Source: Clostridia bacterium
GTDB lineage: Bacteria > CBDUZB01 > JAGLHV01
NCBI GenBank assembly: GCA_030637025.1
Contig: DAOVVV010000011.1
Span: 1-63,701, forward strand
Length of the DNA stretch: 63,701 nucleotides
Reading direction: 5' to 3'
Numbering within the stretch: the first letter of the stretch is position 1; each line of letters starts with the position of its first letter. The translations under genes and the position numbers were made by a program. Of this stretch, positions 26,196 through 36,059 are shown piece by piece. Below the pieces are notes generated by a model that was not told the origin of the DNA, made no database searches, and saw only the letters and a list, made by a program, of their open reading frames with translations.

Positions 26196-26768
26196 TTACG
26201 TGGCAGTAGCGGTAATAGTAACCGTAATATACTGCTGTGCTGTTACATCAGTACTTGTAGGTGCTTCAAAACAGAAATTTAAGTCTCTGGTAGCAGTGGT
26301 GGCAACACTATATCCTTTTAAACCCACTGCTTCGGCATCTATTGCGAATTTAGTAGCAGTAGAGGTTTGGTCACTGGTAGTGAGTGCATCTACGGCTCCA
26401 TCGTAGCTGCCTGCTGCGTTAGCTGTTGTTGAAAAGATAGCTGACATTCTGAATTCGTCTGCTCCCGGTGCTGCAGTTACTGATGTCCAGGGGGTTCCAC
26501 TTCCGGTCAAGGTGTAAGCAAGGCTTATATCATAGGTTTCGGTTACATTTCCATCGTTAGTAACGGTAATGGCTTGCGCGCCTGGTGCACTGGTTCCACC
26601 GGCAGATAATGCTCCAAAGGGATAGCTCGAACTACTTAGAGACACGCTTAAATCCTGGATCAATACTGTACAATAGATATCCTCGCTTAAAGCAGCGTAA
26701 ACAGTACCGCCGGCGATACTCAACAAAAATACTATCCCGATGATACTCAATAATTTTGATATTTTCAT
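26196..26768 (-). CDS. Putative major fimbrial subunit (190 aa, TasA-like signal junction)
   Basis: Strong RBS (AAAGGAGGA) before MKISK. Signal peptide ..IAGGTVYA|ALSEDIYCTV. The rest is a stand-alone homolog of the shared cassette (SSSSYPFG, ITVTNDGNV.E.Y, PGADEFRM, KGYSV, FEAPTST...QQYITVTITAT). Confidence 0.75.
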   Translation of the reverse strand: MKISKLLSIIGIVFLLSIAGGTVYAALSEDIYCTVLIQDLSVSLSSSSYPFGALSAGGTSAPGAQAITVTNDGNVTETYDISLAYTLTGSGTPWTSVTAAPGADEFRMSAIFSTTANAAGSYDGAVDALTTSDQTSTATKFAIDAEAVGLKGYSVATTATRDLNFCFEAPTSTDVTAQQYITVTITATAT

Positions 26769-27022
26769 CTTTAAATCCTCCTTTAGTTTATACATCTAAA
26801 TTATAGGTAAAAACCTATGTTTACATCTTTTTTTACTTTATTTTTTTCACCTCCTTTAGGATAGAATTTTGTGTTCATTTTTTTACCACTTCCTTTCTTT
26901 TTAATTTTTAAAATATTTCATTTAAATTTTTGTAATTGATTAATCAAACAATGCAAATAAATAACCGGATTACCCTTTTTTACTACAGATAACCCGGATT
27001 TTAAAGGCTTTTTTTATTGCCT

Positions 27023-27108
27023 TTGGGCAGCCCAGCCTCCCATCCTCCCTTGACTAATTCCGGGACCGTAGCTTTGTGTCTCCGCCTTACGACGGATTTA
27101 CCTTTTTC
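27023..27108 (-). ncRNA. Cyclic di-GMP-I (GEMM) riboswitch upstream of the major subunit
   Basis: Minus strand GGTAAA-TCCGTC-GTAA-GGCGGA-GACACAAAGC-TACGGTCCC...GGGA...GCTGGGCTGCC matches the GEMM-I layout, including a GNRA-capped stem. Confidence 0.85.
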
Positions 27109-27155
27109 CAATAAAGTTTTGAAAAGAAATACATTTTAAGTATCCTTATACCATA

Positions 27156-27200
27156 AAATTAGCACGAATTTTAATATTTGTCAACCCTAATTAAGGTTGA
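27156..27200 (-). promoter_or_regulatory. Sigma70-type promoter with a palindrome overlapping -35
   Basis: TTGACA-17 nt-TAATTT (TGn-extended) on the minus strand. Palindrome TCAACCCTAATTAAGGTTGA at 27181-27200. Confidence 0.5.
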
Positions 27201-27308
27201 TTTTGTCTTCGGAATTTCATTTTTAAATGCATTTTTTTTAAAGAAAAACATTTTTGAGTTTTTTATGTTCACCTATAAAAATTATTTAGTACTTTAAAGA
27301 TTCGGGAT

Positions 27309-28226
27309 TTATTTATTTATAGCAACATAAAGCCTGGAAAGAACTTTTAGATGAACTTTTTCCCCCAGTATTTTTGCTTGAATGATAAATACATATTTTT
27401 TACCTTTGTATTCTTTTTCCTTAGGAAAAGAAAGGTACATTTTTACTTCTCTTTCCTCTTTCGCCGGAACAAAAACTTTCGTTTTATTAAAAGTTAAAAA
27501 CCCCGGATTAGGCGTATCTTTGTAACCTTTTTTTAATTTTCCTCCTACATCTTCTACAGAAAGACTTTTTATTTCATAGGTAAAACCATATTTTTTATTG
27601 GGATTTATTATTTTAAGGGTTTGTTTAAGGTTATACACTTTACCCATTTTAATATTTTTTACTACAATATCATAAGGAAGAACGCTGAATTGGTAGTTCC
27701 CTTTTATTTTACCCGTTTCATCTTGAAAAGCCCCGCCTTTAGGAAGGGGGGAATGCTTGGAGGCAATAGTAAATAAGAGTTTACTTTTCAGGCCTATAGC
27801 AATGGAACCTGTACCGGCGATACTATGTGACCAAAAATAAACGATAAATTTTTTCCCTAAATATTTTTTGTTTTTAGGAATAGAAAGGAATAAATTTGTG
27901 ACCCCTGTTTGGTGAGCGGGTATAGTAAGTATTTCTTTTTCTATTTTTACCCATGAAATATCCGGAATAGCTTCAAAATCCCTTTCTAATTGATTCTTAC
28001 CCGGATAAACAGGTTCTACTTTGAGTGTTAAAGCAATATCACTGGTATTTTTTATTTTTAAAGGAAGATTAATTAAGTCTTTGGTATTATAAGTTTCCCC
28101 GATTTGCAAATTTTCTATGAGTATTTTTCCGAAAGAAGTGGATAAACCGGCAGTATAGGAAGGTTTTACAATTGAAAATTGCAGAGTAAAAATTAACAAA
28201 ACAAATAAAATGATTTTTTTTGGCAT
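27309..28226 (-). CDS. Exported tandem-Ig chaperone-like protein 1 (PapD/DUF916-like)
   Basis: Signal peptide followed by two internally repeated beta domains (LKIKNTSD...SWVKIEKEILTIPAHQT / LKIINPN...FLTFNKTKVFVPAKEE). Lies directly upstream of the major subunit. Confidence 0.55.
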   Translation of the reverse strand: MPKKIILFVLLIFTLQFSIVKPSYTAGLSTSFGKILIENLQIGETYNTKDLINLPLKIKNTSDIALTLKVEPVYPGKNQLERDFEAIPDISWVKIEKEILTIPAHQTGVTNLFLSIPKNKKYLGKKFIVYFWSHSIAGTGSIAIGLKSKLLFTIASKHSPLPKGGAFQDETGKIKGNYQFSVLPYDIVVKNIKMGKVYNLKQTLKIINPNKKYGFTYEIKSLSVEDVGGKLKKGYKDTPNPGFLTFNKTKVFVPAKEEREVKMYLSFPKEKEYKGKKYVFIIQAKILGEKVHLKVLSRLYVAINK

Positions 28227-28229
28227 AAC

Positions 28230-30362
28230 TTATTTTTCTCCTGTTTTAATTATTTTTTTTAAATTAGCTAAATGAAATGTAGCTTCAGTAAAGTTTGGAT
28301 TAATTTTTAAAGCTTCTTGCCAGCAATTAATAGCTTTTAAGTTGTTTTTTTCTAAGGCATACATAATTCCTAAATTAAAGTGGGTGAGTGCTACCCGTGG
28401 ATTTATGTTTAATGAGTTTTTAAGTGTATCGATAGCCAACTTAGTCTTACCTTGCAAATAATAGACAGCGCCCATATTTGTGTAAGGTTCTATAAAATAG
28501 GGGTCTAGCACGATTGCTTTTTGGAAATTAATTATTGCGGGATTATAGAATTGTTTGTTTATTTTTCCTAAATAGACATAAGTTACCCCCAGGCCGTTGT
28601 ATCCCAGGGCATCCTGAGGAATAAATTTAATGTATTTTGTGTATTCTGTAATTGCTTGATTTAAAATTAATTTTTTTTCTTTATTATCCCTGGTAAACAA
28701 TGCTTTGTCCTGGTAAGCCTTAGCAAAATTTTGATGATATACTGCTTGATAAGGATTTAGTTGAACGGCTGTTTTATATTTTTCTATTGCCTGGTCATAT
28801 ATTTTTTTAGTGGAGAGAAACATACCGCTTTTAAAATAACGGTCAGCCCGATAAATTCTAAAAGCAAATAAGATAAGCATAAGGGTAGTAATACCAATTA
28901 TAGAATAAAGCGGATACTTAAGGGCTTTTAGATTTAAAGAGTATGGCAATTTAACTTTAACAAGAGAAAACATAGGAGATTCTTTATTTTCAGCAACAGG
29001 GTTATTAGATGTTCCTTTTTCAATAATAGTAATGAAACTAACCAACAACCAAAAAATAACGGAAGTGGTTAAAATGCTGAAACTGAATTGATTCTGGATT
29101 AAAAGCGCCGCAGCGGAAGAAATTAATCCGGCAGTTAAAAGTTTTATTTCTAAACTGCCGGGGCACAACCGGCCGTTTAAAGATAAATCTTTTTTTTTGA
29201 TAATTTTTATTCCTGCCTGAAAAAAAGTAAATAATAAAAAAAGATATATTATTAAACCAATTATTCCCCGGGTGGCAATAATTTGTAAAAATTCATTATG
29301 GGCATAACCGGCATTAACATTTCTTCGGGAAAATGTTTCGTAAGCAGGAGACATATAATGGCGGAAATGTATACCAAAGGTATCTTGTCCCGTGCCCAAA
29401 AGAGGGTTTTTTTTGATCATATTTAAAGAACTTTTCCATCCACTTAAGCGGGAAGCTATATCCGCTTCTTCTAAATTTGTAATTGAGTTAATTCTTGCTT
29501 TGACCGGAGAAAAAATATTTGAGCGAAAGTTTTTTCCGGGAAGGGTATTATTAAAAAAGAAAAGAATAATAGTAAATAAAATAATAGTTCCGGTTAGGTA
29601 AAGTATTTTTTTAGGAAGATGAAAGAAAAGGGTTTTGGGGGTTAAAATTACCCATAACAGGATTGATCCGCTTAATCCCAGCCATGCTGCACGTGAATAA
29701 GTAAAGATGAGACAGGTAAAGAGCAAAAGCAGAAGAAAAAGGTAATATATTTTCATTTTTTTAATTATTCTGCTTAAAGTAAGAGGGATAAGCATAATCA
29801 GGTAGGCGCCTAAAAAATTAGGATTACCTAAACTTGAACAAACTCTTTCTTGAGGAGAAAAAGACCATTTAACGAAATCCAGGCCAAAATGTTGAAATAT
29901 TCCATATAAGGCAACAAATGCTCCACTAATAAGCAGGAAAGAAATTATTTTTTCTATTTTATGGAAAGATAAATTAGTAGTTACTAAAAAGTATAAGAAG
30001 ATACAACCGCTTATACAAATAAACCCTTCAAAATAAAACAGATACATTCCCCATAGACTGATATAAATATTGGTAGAATATATTACGGAAGCAAAAATGC
30101 TTATAAAATAAACAAAAACAGCAATATTTAAGGGTGTTTTCAAAGTTGTAATTGAAAGATTAGGGTTTTCTGTTGTTTTTATTAACCAGGCCGCACCTAA
30201 AATTAAAAGAAAGCAAATAAATAAACAGGCTTTTGGTAGGGAAAAAACATCATTTAAGTAGGGGTTAAATACCAGAGGAAGCAAGAATACCAGACTAAGT
30301 AGTCCTTTTTCTATTACCAGGGTGCAAAAAATTAAGTTTTTTTTATCCGGCATAAATATCAC
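28230..30362 (-). CDS. O-antigen ligase / O-oligosaccharyltransferase family (Wzy_C) protein with C-terminal TPRs
   Basis: R..SSLGNPNFLGAYL, TYSRAAWLG, PLLGTG.DTF and AHNEFLQ motifs, multiple TM helices and TPRs. Confidence 0.85.
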   Translation of the reverse strand: MIFMPDKKNLIFCTLVIEKGLLSLVFLLPLVFNPYLNDVFSLPKACLFICFLLILGAAWLIKTTENPNLSITTLKTPLNIAVFVYFISIFASVIYSTNIYISLWGMYLFYFEGFICISGCIFLYFLVTTNLSFHKIEKIISFLLISGAFVALYGIFQHFGLDFVKWSFSPQERVCSSLGNPNFLGAYLIMLIPLTLSRIIKKMKIYYLFLLLLLFTCLIFTYSRAAWLGLSGSILLWVILTPKTLFFHLPKKILYLTGTIILFTIILFFFNNTLPGKNFRSNIFSPVKARINSITNLEEADIASRLSGWKSSLNMIKKNPLLGTGQDTFGIHFRHYMSPAYETFSRRNVNAGYAHNEFLQIIATRGIIGLIIYLFLLFTFFQAGIKIIKKKDLSLNGRLCPGSLEIKLLTAGLISSAAALLIQNQFSFSILTTSVIFWLLVSFITIIEKGTSNNPVAENKESPMFSLVKVKLPYSLNLKALKYPLYSIIGITTLMLILFAFRIYRADRYFKSGMFLSTKKIYDQAIEKYKTAVQLNPYQAVYHQNFAKAYQDKALFTRDNKEKKLILNQAITEYTKYIKFIPQDALGYNGLGVTYVYLGKINKQFYNPAIINFQKAIVLDPYFIEPYTNMGAVYYLQGKTKLAIDTLKNSLNINPRVALTHFNLGIMYALEKNNLKAINCWQEALKINPNFTEATFHLANLKKIIKTGEK

Positions 30363-30408
30363 CTGAGGACAGATCGTTATTAGAATATTCCTCCATGTAA
30401 AGAATATT

Positions 30409-31905
30409 TTATTGTACTTTCAAAGATATTAAGGTTATATCATCGTTTTGTTCGGCACCGGCAGTAAAATTTTCTATTTCTTTTTTAAGTTTATTAATAA
30501 TATTCTGAGCAGTATTATCTTTATAGTTTAAAACTGCCTTTTCCAGCCGGGATTCTCCAAATTCTTCTTTTTTTCTATTCATTGCTTCTGTTATGCCGTC
30601 AGTATAAAAAATTATTAAGTCATTTTCACTTAGAGAAATGGTTTCTTGTTTTATATTTTGATTAAATAATGTTTCGGTAGCTATTCCTAAAGCTATGCCG
30701 CTGGATTTAGTCCAGGATGCTTTGTTTTGTTGAATAAGTAATAATGGATTATGACCGGCACTTGCATATTGAAATGTTTTGTTTTTTGTGTCCAGAATGG
30801 CAAAAAGCATGGTTACAAAAAGTCCTTTTTTTATATCGCGGCAGACTAAAATATTAGTTTTGGCTAAAACTTCTGCCGGTGGACTTGTTTTTGTTATTTG
30901 AGAACGGAATATACTGCGGGTAAGAGCCATTCCTAAAGAACCGGGAATTCCTTTTCCGGAAACATCAGCAATTACAAGACCAAGTTTTTCCGGGGTTATC
31001 CAGAAGAAATCATAGTAATCACCACCAATTTCTTTAGCTGCTTTGTAAAAAGCGCCAATATCAAAAGATGCATTTTCAGGGCATTTTTTAGGAAGTAAAG
31101 ATTGTTGGATTTGTTGTGCAATTTGTAATTCCTTTTTTAAACGTGCCCCTTCAATAAGTTTTTCTTGTGCATTTTTTAATTTTTGGGTCATTTCGTTAAA
31201 AGTTTCAGCTAGTTGACCGATTTCATCTTTAGTCGGGATTATGATTTTGTAGTCTAAATTACCGGTACCGATTATTCGTACTCCTTTAGTGAGTATCCCT
31301 ATCGGTTTGGTAATAAAAGAAACCAGTATCCAGGAAATAATTAATCCTAAAACAAGGACAAAAACAGTAATAGCAAAAATAATGTTTTTTACTTTCTTTA
31401 TTGTTGCAGCAATTTCTTTCCCCGAAAATCCTAAACGGATAGTTCCTAGTTTATTGTTGTTGCTTAAAATAGGGACAGCGATGTCATAATAATCATCCAT
31501 GGAAGAATCTGTGTTATGCTGAATAAGGGTTCCTTTCTTTACTTCTACTGCCTTTTGCCAAAAAGGATCCTTAAAGGTTGTCCCTTTGATTACACGGTGA
31601 TCAGAATGAGAAATAACCTTGCCGGTCTTATCCAGAATCATAGCATACAATATGGATTTATCTTCTGCGATTTTATCCATATAAATACCTAAAAGTAATT
31701 CATCCCCACTTAGTAAAGCTTCTGCGCTTGTTGCTGCTAAATTAGAACCTAACGCTTCACCTTTTTTTTGCATTTCTTTAATTAGTGGTTTTTTTATTTC
31801 ATTGGAAATGATTAATCCAACACTTATCATAGTTAGGGCGATTAGTCCGCTGATGATCAAACTGAATTTTTTTTTCAAACTTGTTTTTCTTTTTCGTTCT
31901 TTCAT
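30409..31905 (-). CDS. Membrane sensor HAMP + PP2C (SpoIIE/RsbU) phosphatase
   Basis: Two TM helices. HAMP (DEIGQLAETFNEM). IGGDYYD, IADVSGKG, SAGH, YTDGITEA and DDITL motifs. Confidence 0.9.
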   Translation of the reverse strand: MKERKRKTSLKKKFSLIISGLIALTMISVGLIISNEIKKPLIKEMQKKGEALGSNLAATSAEALLSGDELLLGIYMDKIAEDKSILYAMILDKTGKVISHSDHRVIKGTTFKDPFWQKAVEVKKGTLIQHNTDSSMDDYYDIAVPILSNNNKLGTIRLGFSGKEIAATIKKVKNIIFAITVFVLVLGLIISWILVSFITKPIGILTKGVRIIGTGNLDYKIIIPTKDEIGQLAETFNEMTQKLKNAQEKLIEGARLKKELQIAQQIQQSLLPKKCPENASFDIGAFYKAAKEIGGDYYDFFWITPEKLGLVIADVSGKGIPGSLGMALTRSIFRSQITKTSPPAEVLAKTNILVCRDIKKGLFVTMLFAILDTKNKTFQYASAGHNPLLLIQQNKASWTKSSGIALGIATETLFNQNIKQETISLSENDLIIFYTDGITEAMNRKKEEFGESRLEKAVLNYKDNTAQNIINKLKKEIENFTAGAEQNDDITLISLKVQ

Positions 31906-31919
31906 TTTTTCCCTTACAG

Positions 31920-33911
31920 CTAGTTTTTAGTTTCGATAATAATTTCTACTCTGCGGTTCTTAGCGCGTCCTAAAACTGTTTTGTTGGAAGCTGTAGGTTT
32001 CGTTTGGCCGAAACCTTTTACAGAAAAAGCTTCTGCGGATAAAGTATTATCCTTTATTAAAGCTTGAAAAACAGTGTGTGCACGAGCTTGAGAAAGTTTT
32101 AAATTAGAAGAATAGAGACACTTGCTTCCTATGGGAACATTGTCGGTGTGTCCGTTTATTTTAATTTTAAGATTGGGGTATTTTTCCGAAGGATATCTTT
32201 TTAAGAAATTAACCACTGTAGCAATTGTTTCGTCTCCGCCTTTTTTTATTTGAGCACTTCCGGAGTCAAAGAGTAAGGTTTCCTGTAGAGTAAGACGGGT
32301 AACAACTTCTTTCTTTTTTGCGGTAGTAATTTTTTCTACCAGGATTGCGGGAGTAGATTTAACTTTGGCTATCATTACGGTCTTTGTTGTTGCCGTTTGG
32401 CCAAGCCAGTCGGTTAAAGTTGCCCGGATAGGGTTTTTTCCTTCTTCCAGATTGATTAGAGCGGTAAATGTTTGGTTGGTAGAGTCTAAGGTAGCTAATA
32501 TATTACCCGGTTGAACAAGTATGTTGTCAATTTTGTTTTTGTTGTATGTTCCTGAAATCTTTTGTAGTCCTATGTTTCGGGTGGCAGTAGTAGAGTCAAT
32601 GGTGATTTTAGGAGGAATAGTATCTATTTTAATGGTAGCTAAGGATGAATTATAATCTTCTTGTTCATTTTCAACGGTTAGGCGAAGATTATAAGTATCA
32701 CTTAAACAAGGTAAATTTTCCATTGTCCAAATAATTTGGTAATGGTTTTTTGTTTTAGCAGGAATAACGGTTATTTCTGTATTAGTCCATATGTCAGGGA
32801 AAGATGCTGTACTGTATTCTATTACCGGTTTGCCCATTTTTTGATAACTGGAAATAAAACAATCTATTTTTAACGGGGTAGAAATTTTTAGTTTGGTAAG
32901 AGAACTTAGTTTTGTATTAATTTCTACTTGAGGAATTTGTTTGTTATATCGGCGGATTCCTTTATCATCTGTGCCAAACCAGACATAATTTCCGTCTACC
33001 AGGATTGTGCTTAATGATATGCCTTCTTTAGAGGAAAATGTTTTCCATTTTTTCGTATCCATATTAAAGAGACTTATTCCATCAAATGTTCCCACCCATA
33101 GATTTTTTCCATCACGGGCAATTGCCTGAACAAAGTTATCACATAACCCGTTAGAAGTTGTATAGGTTTTCCATGTTTGAGAAGATTTGTTATAGCTGCG
33201 TACCCCCCCCCCATTAGTTCCACACCAGATAAAGCCCCTTTCTGCGGTTAAAACGATATTGCTGTAAAGAGTAGTTTGAGGATATTGTATGTTCCATTCT
33301 CCTGTATGGAGATTAAGGGTGTTGATTACCGCGCCGACAGTTCCTATAATCAGGTAAGCTCCATCCCGGATCAAAGTCTTAATTCTATTATCAAAAAGGC
33401 CGTCTTTGGTTGTGTAAACAGCACCCATAGTCTTAGTTGTTTTATTAAAAGAAGTTAAACCTATTTCGGTGCCTATCCAGATAGTATTTCCAATGTTTAG
33501 AAGCGTATTTACCTGGTTATGGGGTAAACCGTTTTTCATGGTGTAAGTGGTCCAGGATTTTTTATTTTTATTAAATAGGGTTAATCCTTTTTTTGTGCCG
33601 AACCAGACCTTGTCGTTCAGGACAAGAATACTGTTGATGTAATTAGAAGCGAGGCCGTCGTTAATGGTATAATTAGTCCAGGTGTTTTTTTTTGTGTTGA
33701 AAAGGCTTACTCCCTTTTGAGTTCCAATCCAGAAAGCATGTTTATCTTTAGCGATACAGTTAATGGTTTCTCCTATTAATCCACAATTTGTCTTGTTGTA
33801 AAAAGTCCAGTCCGGGTTTTTATCGCTTTCCGCTATGCTTTTTGCAGGATAAAGGAAAAAATAGTTACAACAGCAGATGAATAATATAACTAATATACTT
33901 TTTTTGGACAT
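31920..33911 (-). CDS. Beta-propeller (Reg_prop-like repeats) + Ig-like + OmpA-like peptidoglycan-binding protein
   Basis: Signal peptide and repeated WIGT..G...W..YT..DGL..N blades. C-terminal LFDSG...GHTD...NLKLSQARA...G.G...P...NRRVEI. Confidence 0.85.
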   Translation of the reverse strand: MSKKSILVILFICCCNYFFLYPAKSIAESDKNPDWTFYNKTNCGLIGETINCIAKDKHAFWIGTQKGVSLFNTKKNTWTNYTINDGLASNYINSILVLNDKVWFGTKKGLTLFNKNKKSWTTYTMKNGLPHNQVNTLLNIGNTIWIGTEIGLTSFNKTTKTMGAVYTTKDGLFDNRIKTLIRDGAYLIIGTVGAVINTLNLHTGEWNIQYPQTTLYSNIVLTAERGFIWCGTNGGGVRSYNKSSQTWKTYTTSNGLCDNFVQAIARDGKNLWVGTFDGISLFNMDTKKWKTFSSKEGISLSTILVDGNYVWFGTDDKGIRRYNKQIPQVEINTKLSSLTKLKISTPLKIDCFISSYQKMGKPVIEYSTASFPDIWTNTEITVIPAKTKNHYQIIWTMENLPCLSDTYNLRLTVENEQEDYNSSLATIKIDTIPPKITIDSTTATRNIGLQKISGTYNKNKIDNILVQPGNILATLDSTNQTFTALINLEEGKNPIRATLTDWLGQTATTKTVMIAKVKSTPAILVEKITTAKKKEVVTRLTLQETLLFDSGSAQIKKGGDETIATVVNFLKRYPSEKYPNLKIKINGHTDNVPIGSKCLYSSNLKLSQARAHTVFQALIKDNTLSAEAFSVKGFGQTKPTASNKTVLGRAKNRRVEIIIETKN

Positions 33912-33948
33912 AATTACTTCCTCCCTGAATATAATGTTGATAAATTTC

Positions 33949-35961
33949 TTATCTTAATTCTTTCAGTCTCTTTATTTTTGTTTTGGCTCTCTTTAAGTAT
34001 TTCGTTGTTTTTTTGTGTCCGGGTTGAATAATTAAAGCTTTTTCCCATATTTTTGCTGCTTCTTTTAATTTATTTTCCCGGTAATAAATGATTCCCTGAG
34101 CCAGATATGCTTCTAAACAAATATTTTTAATTTTTTGATGTTGGGGAGTAATTTGTAAGGCTTTTTTCCAGAAAATAATGGCTTTTAAATATTTACCTGC
34201 ATTATATTCTTTAATTCCTTGCTGATGAAGTTTATCGCTTTTTTCAATGAATTCTTTCCTTGTTTTTTGGATGGCTCTTTTAGCCCGGACATAAGTAGGA
34301 GTAAGTTTAAGCAGTTGAGTCCATTGATTAATTGCTTCTTTGAAATTTCCGTTTTTATAAAAAAGCATTCCCTCTTGAAAGAGTTTATTACCTAATTCTG
34401 TAAATAAACGGGAAGTTTCTTTTTGATAGGGGTCTAAATTTAATACCTGTTTCCATTTTCTTACTGCAGAAAAGTAATCTTTATTATGATAGAAATTCAA
34501 ACCTTCTTTTATGTATTTTCTGATAATTTCTTTTTTAAGAGATATTTTTTGTTTTTTTATGTTGACCAAAGCTTGTTGTATTTTTTCATCTATTTGTGGA
34601 TAATAGGGATAAACCTTTGCTATTTTTTCCCATTCTTTAATGGCTTGAATATATTTTTTTTCTTGAGACAGATTTATTCCCTGCCGGAAGTAGTTATCTA
34701 ATTTTTGTTCCATTGAATGAATAAATGTTTGGGCCTGTTTTTCCGAGGGGTCTAAAACTAAAATACGTTGCCATTTTTTTTCAGCTTCTTTCCATAAAGA
34801 GTTTTTATAGTAAGAAGAAGCTTTTTTATAAAGAGTTTTTATTTCTATCTTTATTCGACCGTTGATGCTGTCTATGTGCTGATTTGCTACTTTAGAGCGG
34901 GGGTCAATCCTGAAAATTTTTTTAAAAATATCGCGTGCTTCGGCAAGTTTCTCTCTCTGATATAAATCTATTCCTTCTCTCAAGTATGCAGTAATAACGA
35001 CCTGTTCTTCTTCTGTTAGCGAGGATTTAAAAATAATTTCTTTCCCGAATTTCAAGGTTAAGGATATTTGGTGTGTTCCGTATGTTTTTTCAATTCCGGA
35101 AAGGGGATAAGCAAAAGCATAGTCTATTTGAAATAAAGGATAATTCCAACTTAGTCCACAGGTTAAGTCTCTATATAAATGGTCTCCTATCCCAAATCCG
35201 CCTCTTATGCCTAATATTTTTTGAAAAAGCCATTTTTCTCCCCCGGTATAAAATTTTAGATTATCGTCTTTATAATATGTATCCAAACCCACATTAAAAG
35301 TATCCTTTTTATAGGCACAGCCTAGTTTAATACCCATAAGTGTTTTATCTTCCAGTTTAAGACCCATATCCGGTTGATTAACATCAATTAAAATAAGGCC
35401 GAAAGAAATGGTTTCAGTTAGTTTATATAAGCTGCTAATATCTATACTGTAGTTATTAACCACTGACCCATTGCTGAAAAGAGGATCTATATGAGTCTCG
35501 GAATTTTCCCCGAATCTTTTTACCAACCATTTCAAATTTATTCCTCCGGCAAAGCGATTTTTATATAATCTTTTACCGTAAGAGAGAATAATAATGTCTT
35601 CCTGGTATAAGTCAGCCAGAATAAAATTTAACCAGCCTATACCAATTGTTCCCCATGATGATTCTTCCTGAATGTTTTTTAAAGGGTGGGCATAAAAACA
35701 AAGACTATTAATTAAATTACTATTGTCTTTCAATCCCCAGTAAATTTTTCCACAACTGGTAGTAAGTTCTTTTCTGCTTAGTTGAGATAGTCCCGCAGGA
35801 TTGTAATAAATACTGTAAACATCATCACAAACAGCAACAAAATTTTTTGCTCTGCCAATACATCGTGCTCCTACGCCAACTTCTTCGAAGTGAGCATAAA
35901 GATATGAATTACACAACAAACAAATAATAACAGCAATTAAAGACCTCTTATTAGCTTTCAT
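33949..35961 (-). CDS. PorV/PorP-like outer-membrane beta-barrel with C-terminal TPR array (copy 1)
   Basis: GVGAR..G...VAV.DD.YSIYYNPAGL, a barrel ending IDYAFAYPL...THQISLTLKFG, then TPRs. Confidence 0.75.
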   Translation of the reverse strand: MKANKRSLIAVIICLLCNSYLYAHFEEVGVGARCIGRAKNFVAVCDDVYSIYYNPAGLSQLSRKELTTSCGKIYWGLKDNSNLINSLCFYAHPLKNIQEESSWGTIGIGWLNFILADLYQEDIIILSYGKRLYKNRFAGGINLKWLVKRFGENSETHIDPLFSNGSVVNNYSIDISSLYKLTETISFGLILIDVNQPDMGLKLEDKTLMGIKLGCAYKKDTFNVGLDTYYKDDNLKFYTGGEKWLFQKILGIRGGFGIGDHLYRDLTCGLSWNYPLFQIDYAFAYPLSGIEKTYGTHQISLTLKFGKEIIFKSSLTEEEQVVITAYLREGIDLYQREKLAEARDIFKKIFRIDPRSKVANQHIDSINGRIKIEIKTLYKKASSYYKNSLWKEAEKKWQRILVLDPSEKQAQTFIHSMEQKLDNYFRQGINLSQEKKYIQAIKEWEKIAKVYPYYPQIDEKIQQALVNIKKQKISLKKEIIRKYIKEGLNFYHNKDYFSAVRKWKQVLNLDPYQKETSRLFTELGNKLFQEGMLFYKNGNFKEAINQWTQLLKLTPTYVRAKRAIQKTRKEFIEKSDKLHQQGIKEYNAGKYLKAIIFWKKALQITPQHQKIKNICLEAYLAQGIIYYRENKLKEAAKIWEKALIIQPGHKKTTKYLKRAKTKIKRLKELR

Positions 35962-36013
35962 TTTTCTCCATCCTTAAATAAAAGTAAGCAGTATACTTCC
36001 TTCTTTTATAAAA

Positions 36014-36042
36014 AGAATAACACTATTTTTTTTTTTTGTCAA
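36014..36042 (-). promoter_or_regulatory. Sigma70-type promoter (duplicate of the 38782-38810 promoter/leader)
   Basis: TTGACA-17 nt-TATTCT followed by GGAAGTATACTGCTT, which is shared with the leader upstream of the MerR-type gene. Confidence 0.6.
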
Positions 36043-36059
36043 GCTGTTACCCCTGTGTA

